Of a stretch of 42,848 nucleotides of DNA, positions 10,496-19,643 are shown one piece after another. A model generated the notes under the pieces. It was given only the letters and a program-made list of their open reading frames with translations, searched no databases and was not told the DNA's origin. Position 1 is the stretch's first letter; each line of letters opens with the position of its first letter. A program made the position numbers and the translations under genes. Source of the stretch: Alphaproteobacteria bacterium (GTDB taxonomy: Bacteria; Pseudomonadota; Alphaproteobacteria; GCA-2731375); the NCBI GenBank assembly GCA_965225945.1, contig CBDDBZ010000005.1, positions 1 through 42,848 of the forward strand. Direction: 5' to 3'.

Positions 10496-12301
10496 ATGGC
10501 AGGACAAACAGGCGGTGGAAAGCCGGAGGGTGCCGATGTCGCCGCGTTCTCGCAAAACATGATGCGTGTCGCGGAACGCAGTCAGAAGCTCGTCACCGAA
10601 TTTTTCGCCCGCCAGGGCGCCGGCGGCGACGGGGGACCGGTCGACCCGCTCAATATCTCCGCCACCTTCATGGAGCTGACCTCGAAGATGATGGCCGACC
10701 CGGCCAAGGTGGTCGAGGCGCAGATGACGCTGTGGCAGGACTACATGGGGCTTTGGCGGCAGGCGGCGGCCAGGATGATGGGCCAGGACGCCGACGCCGT
10801 GGCCAAGCCGGAAAAGGGCGACCGTCGCTTCCGCGATTCCGAGTGGGAAGACAACCAAGTCTTCGACTTCATCAAGCAGTCCTATCTGCTGACCGCGCGC
10901 TGGCTTCGGGGTACGGTCCAAGATGTCGAGGGCTTGGACGAGCGGACCGCCCAAAAGGTGGATTTCTATACCCGCCAGTTCATCGACGCGATGGCGCCCA
11001 GCAATTTCCTCATGACCAATCCGGAGGTGCTGCGCGCGACGCTCGACGAGAACGGCGAAAACCTGGTGCGCGGCCTCGACAACATGCTGGCCGATCTGGA
11101 GCGCGGGAAAGGCCAGCTTCGCATCCGCATGACCGACGACGACGCCTTCGAGGTCGGCGGCAACATCGCCGTCACGCCCGGCAAGGTGGTCTGGCAGACC
11201 GAGTTGATGCAGCTGATCCAGTACGCGCCGACGACCGAGACGGTCCAGAGGCGCCCGCTGCTGATCGTCCCACCCTGGATCAACAAATACTACATCCTGG
11301 ATCTGAAGCCGGAGAACTCCTACATCGCCTGGGCCGTACGCCAAGGGCTCACGGTCTTCGTCGTCTCCTGGGTCAATCCGGACAGCCGTCTCGCCGACAA
11401 GAGCTTCGAGGACTATATGCGCGAGGGCGTGCTGGCGGCGTTGGAGGGGATCGAGAAGGCGACGGCCGAGAGCGAGGTCGACGCGATCGGCTATTGCCTC
11501 GGCGGCACGCTGCTGGCGGCGACGCTGGCCTACATGAAGGCGAGTGGCGACGATCGTATCGCGTCGGCCACCTTCTTCGTCACCCTCGTCGATTTCGAGG
11601 AGGCCGGCGAGCTCACCGTCTTCATCGACGAGGAGCATATCCAATTCCTCGAGCAGCGGATGGCGGACCAGGGCGGCGTGCTGGATGGCGCGGCGATGGC
11701 GACGACCTTCAACATGCTCCGCGCCAACGATCTGATCTGGTCCTTCGTGGTCAACAACTACCTCCTCGGCAAGGACCCCTTCCCCTTTGATCTGTTGTAT
11801 TGGAACTCGGATTCGACTCGGATGCCGGCGGAGATGTTCAGCTTCTACCTCCGCAACATGTACCAACGGAACCTGTTGCGCGAGCCGGGCGGAATCAGCC
11901 TCGCCAACGTGGCGATCGACCTCTCCAAGATCGACATCCCCGTCTACATCCTGTCGACCAAGGACGACCACATCGCCCCCTGGACGGCGACCTATCGGGC
12001 GGCCGGCATCTATTCGGGGCCGGTGAAGTTCGTGCTCGCGGGCTCCGGACATATCGCGGGCGTCGTCAATCCGCCGGCCTCGGGCAAATACGGCTATTGG
12101 ACGGCCAAGGAGATGCCGGCAGACCCCGAGGCTTGGTTGGCGAGGGCGACGACGCATGACGGAAGCTGGTGGCCCGACTGGATGACTTGGCTCACCGAGC
12201 GCTCCTCGGGCGAGGTGGCGGCGCGCAAGGCGGGCACGGGCGAGGCGCGGGGACTCGAGGACGCGCCGGGGAGCTACGTCCAGGTCCGCGCGGATGCCTG
12301 A
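10496..12301 (+). CDS. phaC: Class I poly(3-hydroxyalkanoate) synthase
   Basis: DRRF, PSNFLMTNP, VPPWINKYYILDL, catalytic GYCLGG, DHIAPW, SGHIAG, SWWPDW. Start placed at ATG 10496, not at the ORF-track 9311. Confidence 0.96.
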   Translation: MAGQTGGGKPEGADVAAFSQNMMRVAERSQKLVTEFFARQGAGGDGGPVDPLNISATFMELTSKMMADPAKVVEAQMTLWQDYMGLWRQAAARMMGQDADAVAKPEKGDRRFRDSEWEDNQVFDFIKQSYLLTARWLRGTVQDVEGLDERTAQKVDFYTRQFIDAMAPSNFLMTNPEVLRATLDENGENLVRGLDNMLADLERGKGQLRIRMTDDDAFEVGGNIAVTPGKVVWQTELMQLIQYAPTTETVQRRPLLIVPPWINKYYILDLKPENSYIAWAVRQGLTVFVVSWVNPDSRLADKSFEDYMREGVLAALEGIEKATAESEVDAIGYCLGGTLLAATLAYMKASGDDRIASATFFVTLVDFEEAGELTVFIDEEHIQFLEQRMADQGGVLDGAAMATTFNMLRANDLIWSFVVNNYLLGKDPFPFDLLYWNSDSTRMPAEMFSFYLRNMYQRNLLREPGGISLANVAIDLSKIDIPVYILSTKDDHIAPWTATYRAAGIYSGPVKFVLAGSGHIAGVVNPPASGKYGYWTAKEMPADPEAWLARATTHDGSWWPDWMTWLTERSSGEVAARKAGTGEARGLEDAPGSYVQVRADA

Positions 12302-12376
12302 GTGTCCGGCCGGTTTGGCAACCAGAAGCGCGATTGATAGCTTGCGCGCCGAACGATTCTTCCGACCGGGCGAGAC

Positions 12377-13600
12377 ATGAATAGAATCCTTGAGGGCCTC
12401 CGGATCATCGAGGGCTCCGCCTTCGTCGCCGCCCCCAGCGCCGGCATGACGCTCGCCGAGATGGGTGCCGAGGTGATCCGCTTCGATCCGCTTCGAGGCG
12501 GGATCGACATGCGCCGCTGGCCGGTCGACGCGGCCGGCCGCAGCTACTACTGGGCCGGCCTCAACAAGGGCAAGCGGTCGATCGCGATCGATCTCGCCTC
12601 GCCCGAGGGGCGCGAACTCGCGACCTCGTTGGTGACCGCGCCCGGGGCTGGCGCGGGGCTCTTCCTCACCAACTTCCCGGCCCGCGGTTGGCTCGACTTC
12701 GCCTCGCTCCGGGAGCGCCGCGCCGACCTGATCATGGTCGCCGTCACTGGCAACGCCGACGGCAGCTCCGAATTGGACTATACCGTCAACGCCGCGACCG
12801 GCCTGCCGCTGATGACCGGTCACGGGGCTGAGCGGCCGGTCAACCACGTACTCCCCGCCTGGGACCTGATCTGCGGCCGGAACGCCGTCATCGGGCTGCT
12901 GGCGGCGGAACGCCACCGGGGGCTCACCGGCGCGGGGCAGTTGGTCCGGGTCGCGCTCTCCGACGTCGCCATGGCGACCATGGCCAATCTCGGCTTCATC
13001 GCCGAGCAGGAGCTCGGCGGCGTCACGCGCGAAGCGACGGGCAACGACCTGTTCGGCGCCTTCGGGCAGGACTTTCCGACCCGCGACGCCCGACGGGTGA
13101 TGCTGGTGGCGATCACCGCCCGGCAGTGGCGCGCGCTGGTCGAGGCCACGGAGATCGCCCCGGCGGTCGACGCGATCGAGACCGCTAGCGGGCTGGATCT
13201 CGCCCAGGAAGGCGATCGCTACCAGGCGACAGGCCAAATCGTCGCGGCGATTCTGCCTTGGGTCCGGGCCCGCGACCTAGCGGAAATCAGAATCGCCTTC
13301 CAGGGCACCGGGGTCTGCTGGGGGCCCTACCAGGACGTCGGCCAGATGCTGGCCGAGGACGCGCGCGCCAGCACGGCCAACGCGATGTTCGAGCGCGTGC
13401 GCCACCCCGGGATCGGCGAGACGCTGACTCCCGGCTCGCCGATCGAGTTTGGCGCCCAGGCGCGCGTGCCGGTATTGCCGGCGCCCAAACTCGGCGAGCA
13501 CACCGACCGGATCCTGGCGGAAATACTGGGGCTCGACGGCGGCGCGATCGGACGGCTGCACGACCGGGGCGTCGTCGCCTGCGCGGATGAAGCGGAGTAG
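12377..13600 (+). CDS. mct: Mesaconyl-CoA C1-C4 CoA transferase (2-methylfumaryl-CoA isomerase), CoA-transferase family III
   Basis: EGSAFVAAP..VIRFDP..GG.D..RWP..WAGLNKGKRSIAID..LF.TNFPARGWL..SE.DYTVN..NHVLPAWD matches my recollection of Chloroflexus Mct, including the catalytic Asp in PAWD. Confidence 0.85.
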   Translation: MNRILEGLRIIEGSAFVAAPSAGMTLAEMGAEVIRFDPLRGGIDMRRWPVDAAGRSYYWAGLNKGKRSIAIDLASPEGRELATSLVTAPGAGAGLFLTNFPARGWLDFASLRERRADLIMVAVTGNADGSSELDYTVNAATGLPLMTGHGAERPVNHVLPAWDLICGRNAVIGLLAAERHRGLTGAGQLVRVALSDVAMATMANLGFIAEQELGGVTREATGNDLFGAFGQDFPTRDARRVMLVAITARQWRALVEATEIAPAVDAIETASGLDLAQEGDRYQATGQIVAAILPWVRARDLAEIRIAFQGTGVCWGPYQDVGQMLAEDARASTANAMFERVRHPGIGETLTPGSPIEFGAQARVPVLPAPKLGEHTDRILAEILGLDGGAIGRLHDRGVVACADEAE

Positions 13601-13603
13601 CCC

Positions 13604-14467
13604 ATGAACGAAGCCCAGCCAGAGGTGGACTATCGCGACTGGATCGGCGGCCGCGAGACGGCCGAGGATCGGGTCACCCTCGCTCCGGTGACGGGGCTGC
13701 TGGCCACCCTCGACGATTCCGAGACCAAGCTCGGCCTCGGCGACCCGTTGCCACCGCTCTGGCACTGGCTCTATTTCCTGGCGCAAGCACCCGCCGGGGG
13801 AATCGGGCCGGACGGCCATCCCCGGCGCGGCGGCTTCCTGCCGCCCGTGACGCTGCCGAGACGGATGTTCGCCGGCGCGGAAATGGAATTCGCGGCACCG
13901 ATCCCGATCGGCTCAGGCATCACCCGCGAGAGCGAGATCGTCGACGTCACCGAGAAGTCCGGCAAAAGCGGACGCCTGGTCTTCGTCACCGTCCGCCACG
14001 AGATCGCGGCCGACGGAACGCCGGCGCTGACCGAGACCCAGAACATCGTCTACCGGGAGGAAGGCGCGCCCGTGCCGGCGCCCGAGGTGCTGGAGGCCCC
14101 ATCCCCGCCGCCGGACGGCGCCTGGGTTCGCGAGGTTCGGCCCGATCCTGTGCTACTGTTCCGCTTCTCCGCCCTCACCTTCAACGGCCATCGGATCCAC
14201 TACGACAGAACCTACGCCATGGGCGAGGAACACTATCCGGGCCTGGTGGTGCACGGCCCCCTGATTGCGATGCTGCTGATGGATCTGGTGCGACGTAATG
14301 TGACGCGACGGGTCTCGCGCTTCCGTTTTCGCGCCGTTCAGCCCATCTTCGACACCGGTCCCTTCCGCGTCGTCGGCGTGGCCGACGGCGAGCGGGCAAC
14401 GCTCGTCGCCGAACGCTCCGACGGCATCGAGGCGATGCGGGCCGAGGCCACCCTCGCCGACGCTTGA
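13604..14467 (+). CDS. Double hot-dog hydratase, mesaconyl-C4-CoA / itaconyl-CoA hydratase family
   Basis: [54 protein letters not shown]; starts 3 bp after mct. Confidence 0.82.
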   Translation: MNEAQPEVDYRDWIGGRETAEDRVTLAPVTGLLATLDDSETKLGLGDPLPPLWHWLYFLAQAPAGGIGPDGHPRRGGFLPPVTLPRRMFAGAEMEFAAPIPIGSGITRESEIVDVTEKSGKSGRLVFVTVRHEIAADGTPALTETQNIVYREEGAPVPAPEVLEAPSPPPDGAWVREVRPDPVLLFRFSALTFNGHRIHYDRTYAMGEEHYPGLVVHGPLIAMLLMDLVRRNVTRRVSRFRFRAVQPIFDTGPFRVVGVADGERATLVAERSDGIEAMRAEATLADA

Positions 14468-14498
14468 AGCTGATATTGGAAACCACGGACTTGAACTC

Positions 14499-16160
14499 AT
14501 GAGCCTGAACATCATCCCCGCCGCGCCGACCTCGACACCGGCCGCCAGCAAGACGGCGCGCTTCCGCGAGATGCTCGCCTCGCCCGAGCTCGCCTTCATC
14601 ATGGAGGCGCACAACGGCCTCTCGGCCCGCATCGTCGAGGAGACCGGCTTCGCCGGGGTCTGGGCCTCGGGGCTTTCGATCTCGTCTGCCCTCGGCGTTC
14701 GCGACAACAACGAAGCCTCCTGGACCCAGGTGCTCGAGGTGCTGGAGTTCATGGCCGACGCCACGACCATTCCGATCCTGCTGGACGGTGATACCGGCTA
14801 CGGCAACTTCAACAACATGCGCCGCCTGGTGAACAAGCTCTGCCAGCGCGGCATCGCCGGCGTCTGCATCGAGGACAAGCTGTTCCCCAAGACCAACAGC
14901 TTCATCGGCGATGCCCAGCCGCTCGCCGACATCGACGAGTTCTGCGGCAAGATCAAGGCCGGCAAGGACAGTCAGCTCGACGACGATTTCCAAATCGTCG
15001 CCCGGGTCGAGGCGCTGATCTCCGGCTGGGGCCTGGACGAAGCCTTGCGCCGGGCCGAGGCCTATCACGAGGCGGGCGCCGACGCGATTCTGATGCATTC
15101 CAAGATCGCGACGCCGGACGAGATCCTCGCCTTCATGCGCTCGTGGGGCAACCGGGCGCCGGTGGTGATCGTGCCGACGATGTATTACGCGACGCCGGCC
15201 AAGGTGTTCCGCGAGCACGCCATCTCCCTCGTCATCTGGGCCAACCACAACATGCGCGCGGCGATGCGCTCGATGCGCGAGGTCAGCCGCGAGATCTTCG
15301 AGACCGAGAGCCTGGTCGGCGTCGAGCATCGGATTACCAGCGTGAAGGAGGTTTTCCAGCTCGCCGGCAACGACGAGCTGGCGCGGGCGGAGGAACGCTA
15401 TCTGCCCAATAGGGGCGCCGGCCATGGCGCAGTGGTGCTGGCGGCCTCGCGCGGCTCGGCGCTCGGCCACCTCACCGCCGACAGGCCGAAGTGCATGATC
15501 AAAGTCAGGGGCGAGCCGTTGCTCACCCGCCAGATAGACATGTTGCGCAACGCCGGCATCGGCGAGATCACGGTGGTTACCGGCCACGCGGCCGACGCGA
15601 TCGACATTGCCAAGATCGACACCGCCCACAACGAGCGCTTCGCCGAGACGGGCGAGGTCTATTCGCTGCATGTGGCGGGGCATCGGCTGAGCGGCCCCAC
15701 GATCGTCAGCTACGGCGACATCCTGATCCGCGACTACATGCTGGATATTTTGCTCCGGGCCGAGGGCGACATCGTCGTCATGGTCGACGCGCTGTGGCGG
15801 GAGCGCGCGCAGTCCGCCGAGGGCTTGGTGCGGGATCTGGTGGTGGCCGACCGTGCCTTCTCGACCGACTTCCTCGACGACGCGCCGGCCCGCCTCCGGG
15901 AGGTGGGCGATCAGGTCGATCGCGAAATAGCGGCCGGCGAATGGATCGGCGTGCTGAAGCTGACCGAGGCGGGCGCCACGGTGCTTCGCGACGCCATGGC
16001 CGCGATGGCGAGCGACGGCAGCCTGGAGACGGCGGATATGGCGATGCTGCTGAACCGGGTGATCCAGGCGGATCACGAGGTCCGGGTACAATATGTCACC
16101 GGCCAATGGCTGGATATCGACGATGCCCTCGACCTCGCCCGCGCCGGCGACCTGGTTTGA
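14499..16160 (+). CDS. pepM: Phosphoenolpyruvate mutase fused to a C-terminal nucleotidyltransferase domain
   Basis: [21 protein letters not shown] and the PepM signature [10 protein letters not shown] (EDK-X5-NS); C-terminal [25 protein letters not shown]-transferase domain. Confidence 0.93.
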   Translation: MSLNIIPAAPTSTPAASKTARFREMLASPELAFIMEAHNGLSARIVEETGFAGVWASGLSISSALGVRDNNEASWTQVLEVLEFMADATTIPILLDGDTGYGNFNNMRRLVNKLCQRGIAGVCIEDKLFPKTNSFIGDAQPLADIDEFCGKIKAGKDSQLDDDFQIVARVEALISGWGLDEALRRAEAYHEAGADAILMHSKIATPDEILAFMRSWGNRAPVVIVPTMYYATPAKVFREHAISLVIWANHNMRAAMRSMREVSREIFETESLVGVEHRITSVKEVFQLAGNDELARAEERYLPNRGAGHGAVVLAASRGSALGHLTADRPKCMIKVRGEPLLTRQIDMLRNAGIGEITVVTGHAADAIDIAKIDTAHNERFAETGEVYSLHVAGHRLSGPTIVSYGDILIRDYMLDILLRAEGDIVVMVDALWRERAQSAEGLVRDLVVADRAFSTDFLDDAPARLREVGDQVDREIAAGEWIGVLKLTEAGATVLRDAMAAMASDGSLETADMAMLLNRVIQADHEVRVQYVTGQWLDIDDALDLARAGDLV

Positions 16161-16227
16161 AGCACCGGTCGTCATGGACGACGTTCATTTCAATTGGCGG
16201 AAATGAGCTTGACAAGGAAATGCTGCA

Positions 16228-16548
16228 ATGACAATGCACGGTCCCGCTCATCCGGGCGAGATAATCAGGGAAGACGTGATCAAACCGCTCGAGCTGGATG
16301 TGACCAAAGCGGCGTCCGTATTGGGTGTCACCCGCCCGGCGCTCTCCCGCCTACTCAACCGGAAAGCGGCCCTATCACCGGAAATGGCCTTGCGGATCGA
16401 AAAGGCTTTTGGTCCAAAGGCCGAGCACCTCATGCGCATCCAGCTCGCCCACGACATGGCTCGCGCCCGCCCAAAGGCCGGCCAATTGCAGGTCTCGACG
16501 GAATTTGCGCCGAGAGATCCAGAAGTGGTGAACCGGGCTAGAGAATAG
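16228..16548 (+). CDS. higA: HigA-family antitoxin (HTH addiction-module antidote)
   Basis: PAHPGEII, AASVLGVTRPALSRLLN, LSPEMALRIEKAFG..L..Q..D. Confidence 0.9.
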   Translation: MTMHGPAHPGEIIREDVIKPLELDVTKAASVLGVTRPALSRLLNRKAALSPEMALRIEKAFGPKAEHLMRIQLAHDMARARPKAGQLQVSTEFAPRDPEVVNRARE

Positions 16549-16579
16549 GCCGACACAGAACGGACAAGCGCGGGTGGCT

Positions 16580-16627
16580 CACCCGCCGAGTACGCCACGC
16601 GCCGCGGACTGGGCGGCGGTGACGCCG
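16580..16627 (-). repeat. Displaced copy of the 3' end of the TrxB-like gene (att-like direct repeat with 19666-19713)
   Basis: 44/48 identical to 19666-19713, including a perfect 30-bp block; reads GVTAAQSAARGVLGG followed by TGA. Confidence 0.9.
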
Positions 16628-16677
16628 GGAAACGGGGTCATTCTGCTTTTTGGTCCATTCCGCCGAATAAAGTACAA

Positions 16678-17706
16678 CCTGATTACGCACTAACCTCAGC
16701 CAACTTCAGGAGCCGATATGGCATGGGCGGCGTGCGCAGGGCATCGCGGCCGAGGGCTTCGATCATGTCGGCGAGCCGGTAGCGGCGGTTGTATCGGTAC
16801 TGGAACGCCGCCAGTTAGCGCGGCACATGCTTGGGTCGGATCGCATGGTAGGTACCGCGCAGGGTGTTTTTGAGGTTGCCGAGGGTGGTGTTGACCCATT
16901 TGAAGGCGGGCACGGCGACGGCCCCGGGTCCGGAGCCGGTGGGTATCGGATGGTGCGCACAGCCTTGCGCGGTGACCGCGGTGAAGCAGCCGAGCCCATC
17001 GCTGACAACCGTCGCCAGCGGGCTCAGGTCGCGCTTGGCCATCTTGGCGATCTCGCTCTTGCGGAAGCCCTTGACGCGGCGGAGCTTGATGCGCACGGGC
17101 TGGCCCTCCGCCGTGGTCTGGACGGCGGCGACGAACGGCGTCTTGCCCGGCGCGCCTCGGCCGCGCTTGGCCCCGGAACGCCGGCCGCCGAGGTAGGCAT
17201 CGTCCATCTCCACCCGCCCGGTGAGCGGCAATTTGGCATCGCGCTCGAGCATGGACTGCATCAGTTTCTGCTTGATCTTCCAGGCCGTGGTCTGGGTGAC
17301 GCCGAGCCGCCGGCCGAGTTCGAGGGAGGAGATCCCCTTCTTCGATTGGGTCATGTGATAGATCGCCGAGAACCACAGGGTCAGCGCCAGCTTGGTCGCG
17401 TGGAAGAGCGTGCCGGCGGTCAGCGAAACTTGATGACGGCAGGCGGCGTATTGGTAGAGTTTTCGCCCGGCGATCTCGCAATGGCGCGTGGCGCCACATC
17501 GGGGCAGGCGAACCCCTCCGGCCAGCGCCAGCGGAAAAGGGCCTCGCGACACTGCTCCTCGGTACCGTACAACTCACGAAAACGCGGCTCGCTGAGCCCC
17601 TTCTGGAACTGAACCTTGTTGCGTGGCATTGTGAACCTCCAGAAAAACCGCCATTTGTTCATGATTTGTACCGCATCAACCCGGCTGAGTGAAGTGCGTA
17701 ATCAGG
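16678..17706 (-). mobile_element. IS1595-family insertion sequence (1029 bp)
   Basis: Terminal inverted repeats cctgattacgcactaacctcagcc / ggctgagtgaagtgcgtaatcagg (21/24 match); 8-bp target duplication aagtacaa at 16670-16677 and 17707-17714. Confidence 0.95.
16683..17629 (-). pseudogene. IS1595-family transposase, disrupted
   Basis: [48 protein letters not shown] frameshift sits in the G run at 17501-17504 and a premature TAA at 16815-16817 replaces the Tyr of PRYLA.F.YR.NRR; the natural stop at 16683 lies within the IR. Confidence 0.92.
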
Positions 17707-17737
17707 AAGTACAATGACCCCTTTTATGACCCCTTTT

Positions 17738-17916
17738 ACCGTGGCGATCGGCATTTCCTCCGGCGGCGCGATGCGGGCCAGGCGGGCGAGCAGCTCGGCT
17801 ATCCCGGCGGCGCCGTGGGCCACCTCGAAATTTTCGACGCACATGCCGTTTGCGTCGTCGACGACGCAAACGGCATGTGCGAGGCCACCCCAATCTATTC
17901 CCACACAATATCCCGT
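17738..17916 (-). pseudogene. IS110-family transposase N-terminal fragment
   Basis: YCVGIDW...HAVCVVD...F...H...G...L is the DEDD N-terminus; GGAGG precedes an ACG (probably a decayed ATG); the fragment stops just before the second catalytic residue. Confidence 0.75.
17838..17881. repeat. Perfect 44-bp palindrome with no loop
   Basis: cgcacatgccgtttgcgtcgtc|gacgacgcaaacggcatgtgcg. Confidence 0.95.
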
Positions 17917-17929
17917 GTTCCCTACCTCC

Positions 17930-18190
17930 TCGATTACGATAAGTTGTCCCGAGCTGGGAGCCTGCGCGGATCGCTCATTGACCGGCGCTCTGGCCGAGAG
18001 GCCTTGGCGCAACACCCTGTCGTCCGTTCAACGCTCCCGGCGACCGCCGCGCGGCGGGTCTCCCGCTGGCCGGCGAGCGGCAAGCGGAGCAGGCCGTCGC
18101 GGCGGACGCTCGGGTGGTGCACGGTACGCCGATTCGCAACGCTCACCGATCAAAGGGTGCACCAATGAACGGGGTAACCCGCCTCCCTAC
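17930..18190 (-). ncRNA. IS110 upstream non-coding end, candidate bridge/seek RNA region
   Basis: About 250 nt without a convincing CDS directly upstream of the IS110 transposase start, where IS110-group elements encode their guide RNA. Structure not computed; boundaries approximate. Confidence 0.4.
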
Positions 18191-18467
18191 CGCGATCTGA
18201 TCCTGTGACGCGGGCGACATGATCGGGTTCCGCCCGTCGCCACGCCCAGGATCGCCATCGGCGAGGCTTCCATGGCGCCGTTCCAGGACTGCACTGGCCT
18301 TGAGCTGCCCTCCGTGCTAGCTTTCCTCGCGACTAGAGGGGGCCGGTTTCTGGCAATTCTCGGATAATTTTCAGTTTTGTTCGGCGATCGGGTTGGTGGC
18401 AGCTTCGTCGCCTTCCCATGTATCGGTCAAGGAACTCCCCCGCGTTACAACTATTTCAGGCAGACCC

Positions 18468-19580
18468 ATGAACCTGGATGATCGCTGGAGGCAAATCGAT
18501 AGAAGTCGAGTCGATACTGCCCAGCAACTTCTGAGCGCCGGCCGACCGAACGAGGCGATCAAGGTTCTGGACGACTTCACCCGGCAAGTGCCGGATGATC
18601 CCGACGCCCTGAATCTCCTGGGCGTGGCGTATAGCATGACGGGGAATGCTCCGGCTGCGGAACAGAACCTGCGCCGCGCACTAAGTTTGATTCCCCATAA
18701 TCCTGATTTTCTCACAAACTTGGCCCAACACTTCGCCAACAGTGGGCGTCACGAAGAGGCACGCAGTCTGTACGCACGAGCACTCCAATCCAGGCCGGAC
18801 CATGCTCCGTCCCGCGCTGGGATCAATCAATTCGATAGAACAGAACCCACGGCGGGTAAGGATCTGGACCTCGTCGCCGCCCAGCACCTCATGGTGTCCA
18901 AGGTCACCGCGGGCGCTGCCAGATGCCATATGATCCTGGACGAGCTCTACGCGCATCGACGGTCGTTGGAGTTGGGCGTCGGCGTCGATCTCAACGAACG
19001 ACCGTTGCCTATATATACCTATCCCGCGATCGAATACTTGCGTCAGTTCGACTATTCCACCTATAGGATTCTGGAGTGGGGAAGCGGCAACTCGACCCGC
19101 TGGTGGGCGGAACGGTGCGAAAGTGTCGTCGCGGTGGAGGATGATGAAAAATGGGTCGAATTTCTCACGGCGAATCTGCCAACAAATGTCGAAGTTTTGG
19201 CCGCGGACACCGTTGAAGTTTACGTGCAGTGTTTCGGCGATCAGGAAGACCTGTTCGAAGTTATCATAATCGACGGGAATTATCGCTTCGAATGCATCAG
19301 GCAAGCCCCTGCCTACCTCAAAGAGGCCGGAATGATCATAGTGGACAATTCAGATTACCACCCTGAGTCAGCGCGATTCCTTCGCGAGCGCGATTTCATC
19401 CAGCTCGACTTCACGGGTTTTAAGCCCACGCATGACGATGTCCAAACTACAAGCGTATTTTTGCATCGAAATTTTCTTCCGAAACTACTACTCGATGTGC
19501 AGCCCCTAAGTGGAATTGGCGCGTACTTTCAGGTGAGACGACATGAAATTGCGCAAGAGCACAAGGCTCATCAAGACTAA
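18468..19580 (+). CDS. TPR-domain protein fused to a class I SAM-dependent methyltransferase-like domain
   Basis: TPR repeats (PDDPDALNLLGVA..A...LRRAL...P); C-terminal PIYTYPAIEYL, ILEWGSGNSTRWW, VIIIDG, IIVDNSD; more AT-rich than the flanks. Confidence 0.78.
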   Translation: MNLDDRWRQIDRSRVDTAQQLLSAGRPNEAIKVLDDFTRQVPDDPDALNLLGVAYSMTGNAPAAEQNLRRALSLIPHNPDFLTNLAQHFANSGRHEEARSLYARALQSRPDHAPSRAGINQFDRTEPTAGKDLDLVAAQHLMVSKVTAGAARCHMILDELYAHRRSLELGVGVDLNERPLPIYTYPAIEYLRQFDYSTYRILEWGSGNSTRWWAERCESVVAVEDDEKWVEFLTANLPTNVEVLAADTVEVYVQCFGDQEDLFEVIIIDGNYRFECIRQAPAYLKEAGMIIVDNSDYHPESARFLRERDFIQLDFTGFKPTHDDVQTTSVFLHRNFLPKLLLDVQPLSGIGAYFQVRRHEIAQEHKAHQD

Positions 19581-19643
19581 CTCGAAATGTAAGGTAACCT
19601 GGTTTGTCTTGCGTAAATCCTCGACGGTGCGAGTCGCCGAGAA

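Noticed and set aside
10412-13237. 941-aa minus-strand ORF, and similar long opposite-strand ORFs (4486-6585, 14181-16175, 19791-22010, 21598-23400)
   Set aside because: These are shadow frames of recognisable genes in GC-rich DNA and carry no motifs.
14499-15400. Phosphonopyruvate hydrolase or methylisocitrate lyase instead of PepM
   Set aside because: [10 protein letters not shown] matches the mutase signature and the lyase KRCGH motif is absent.
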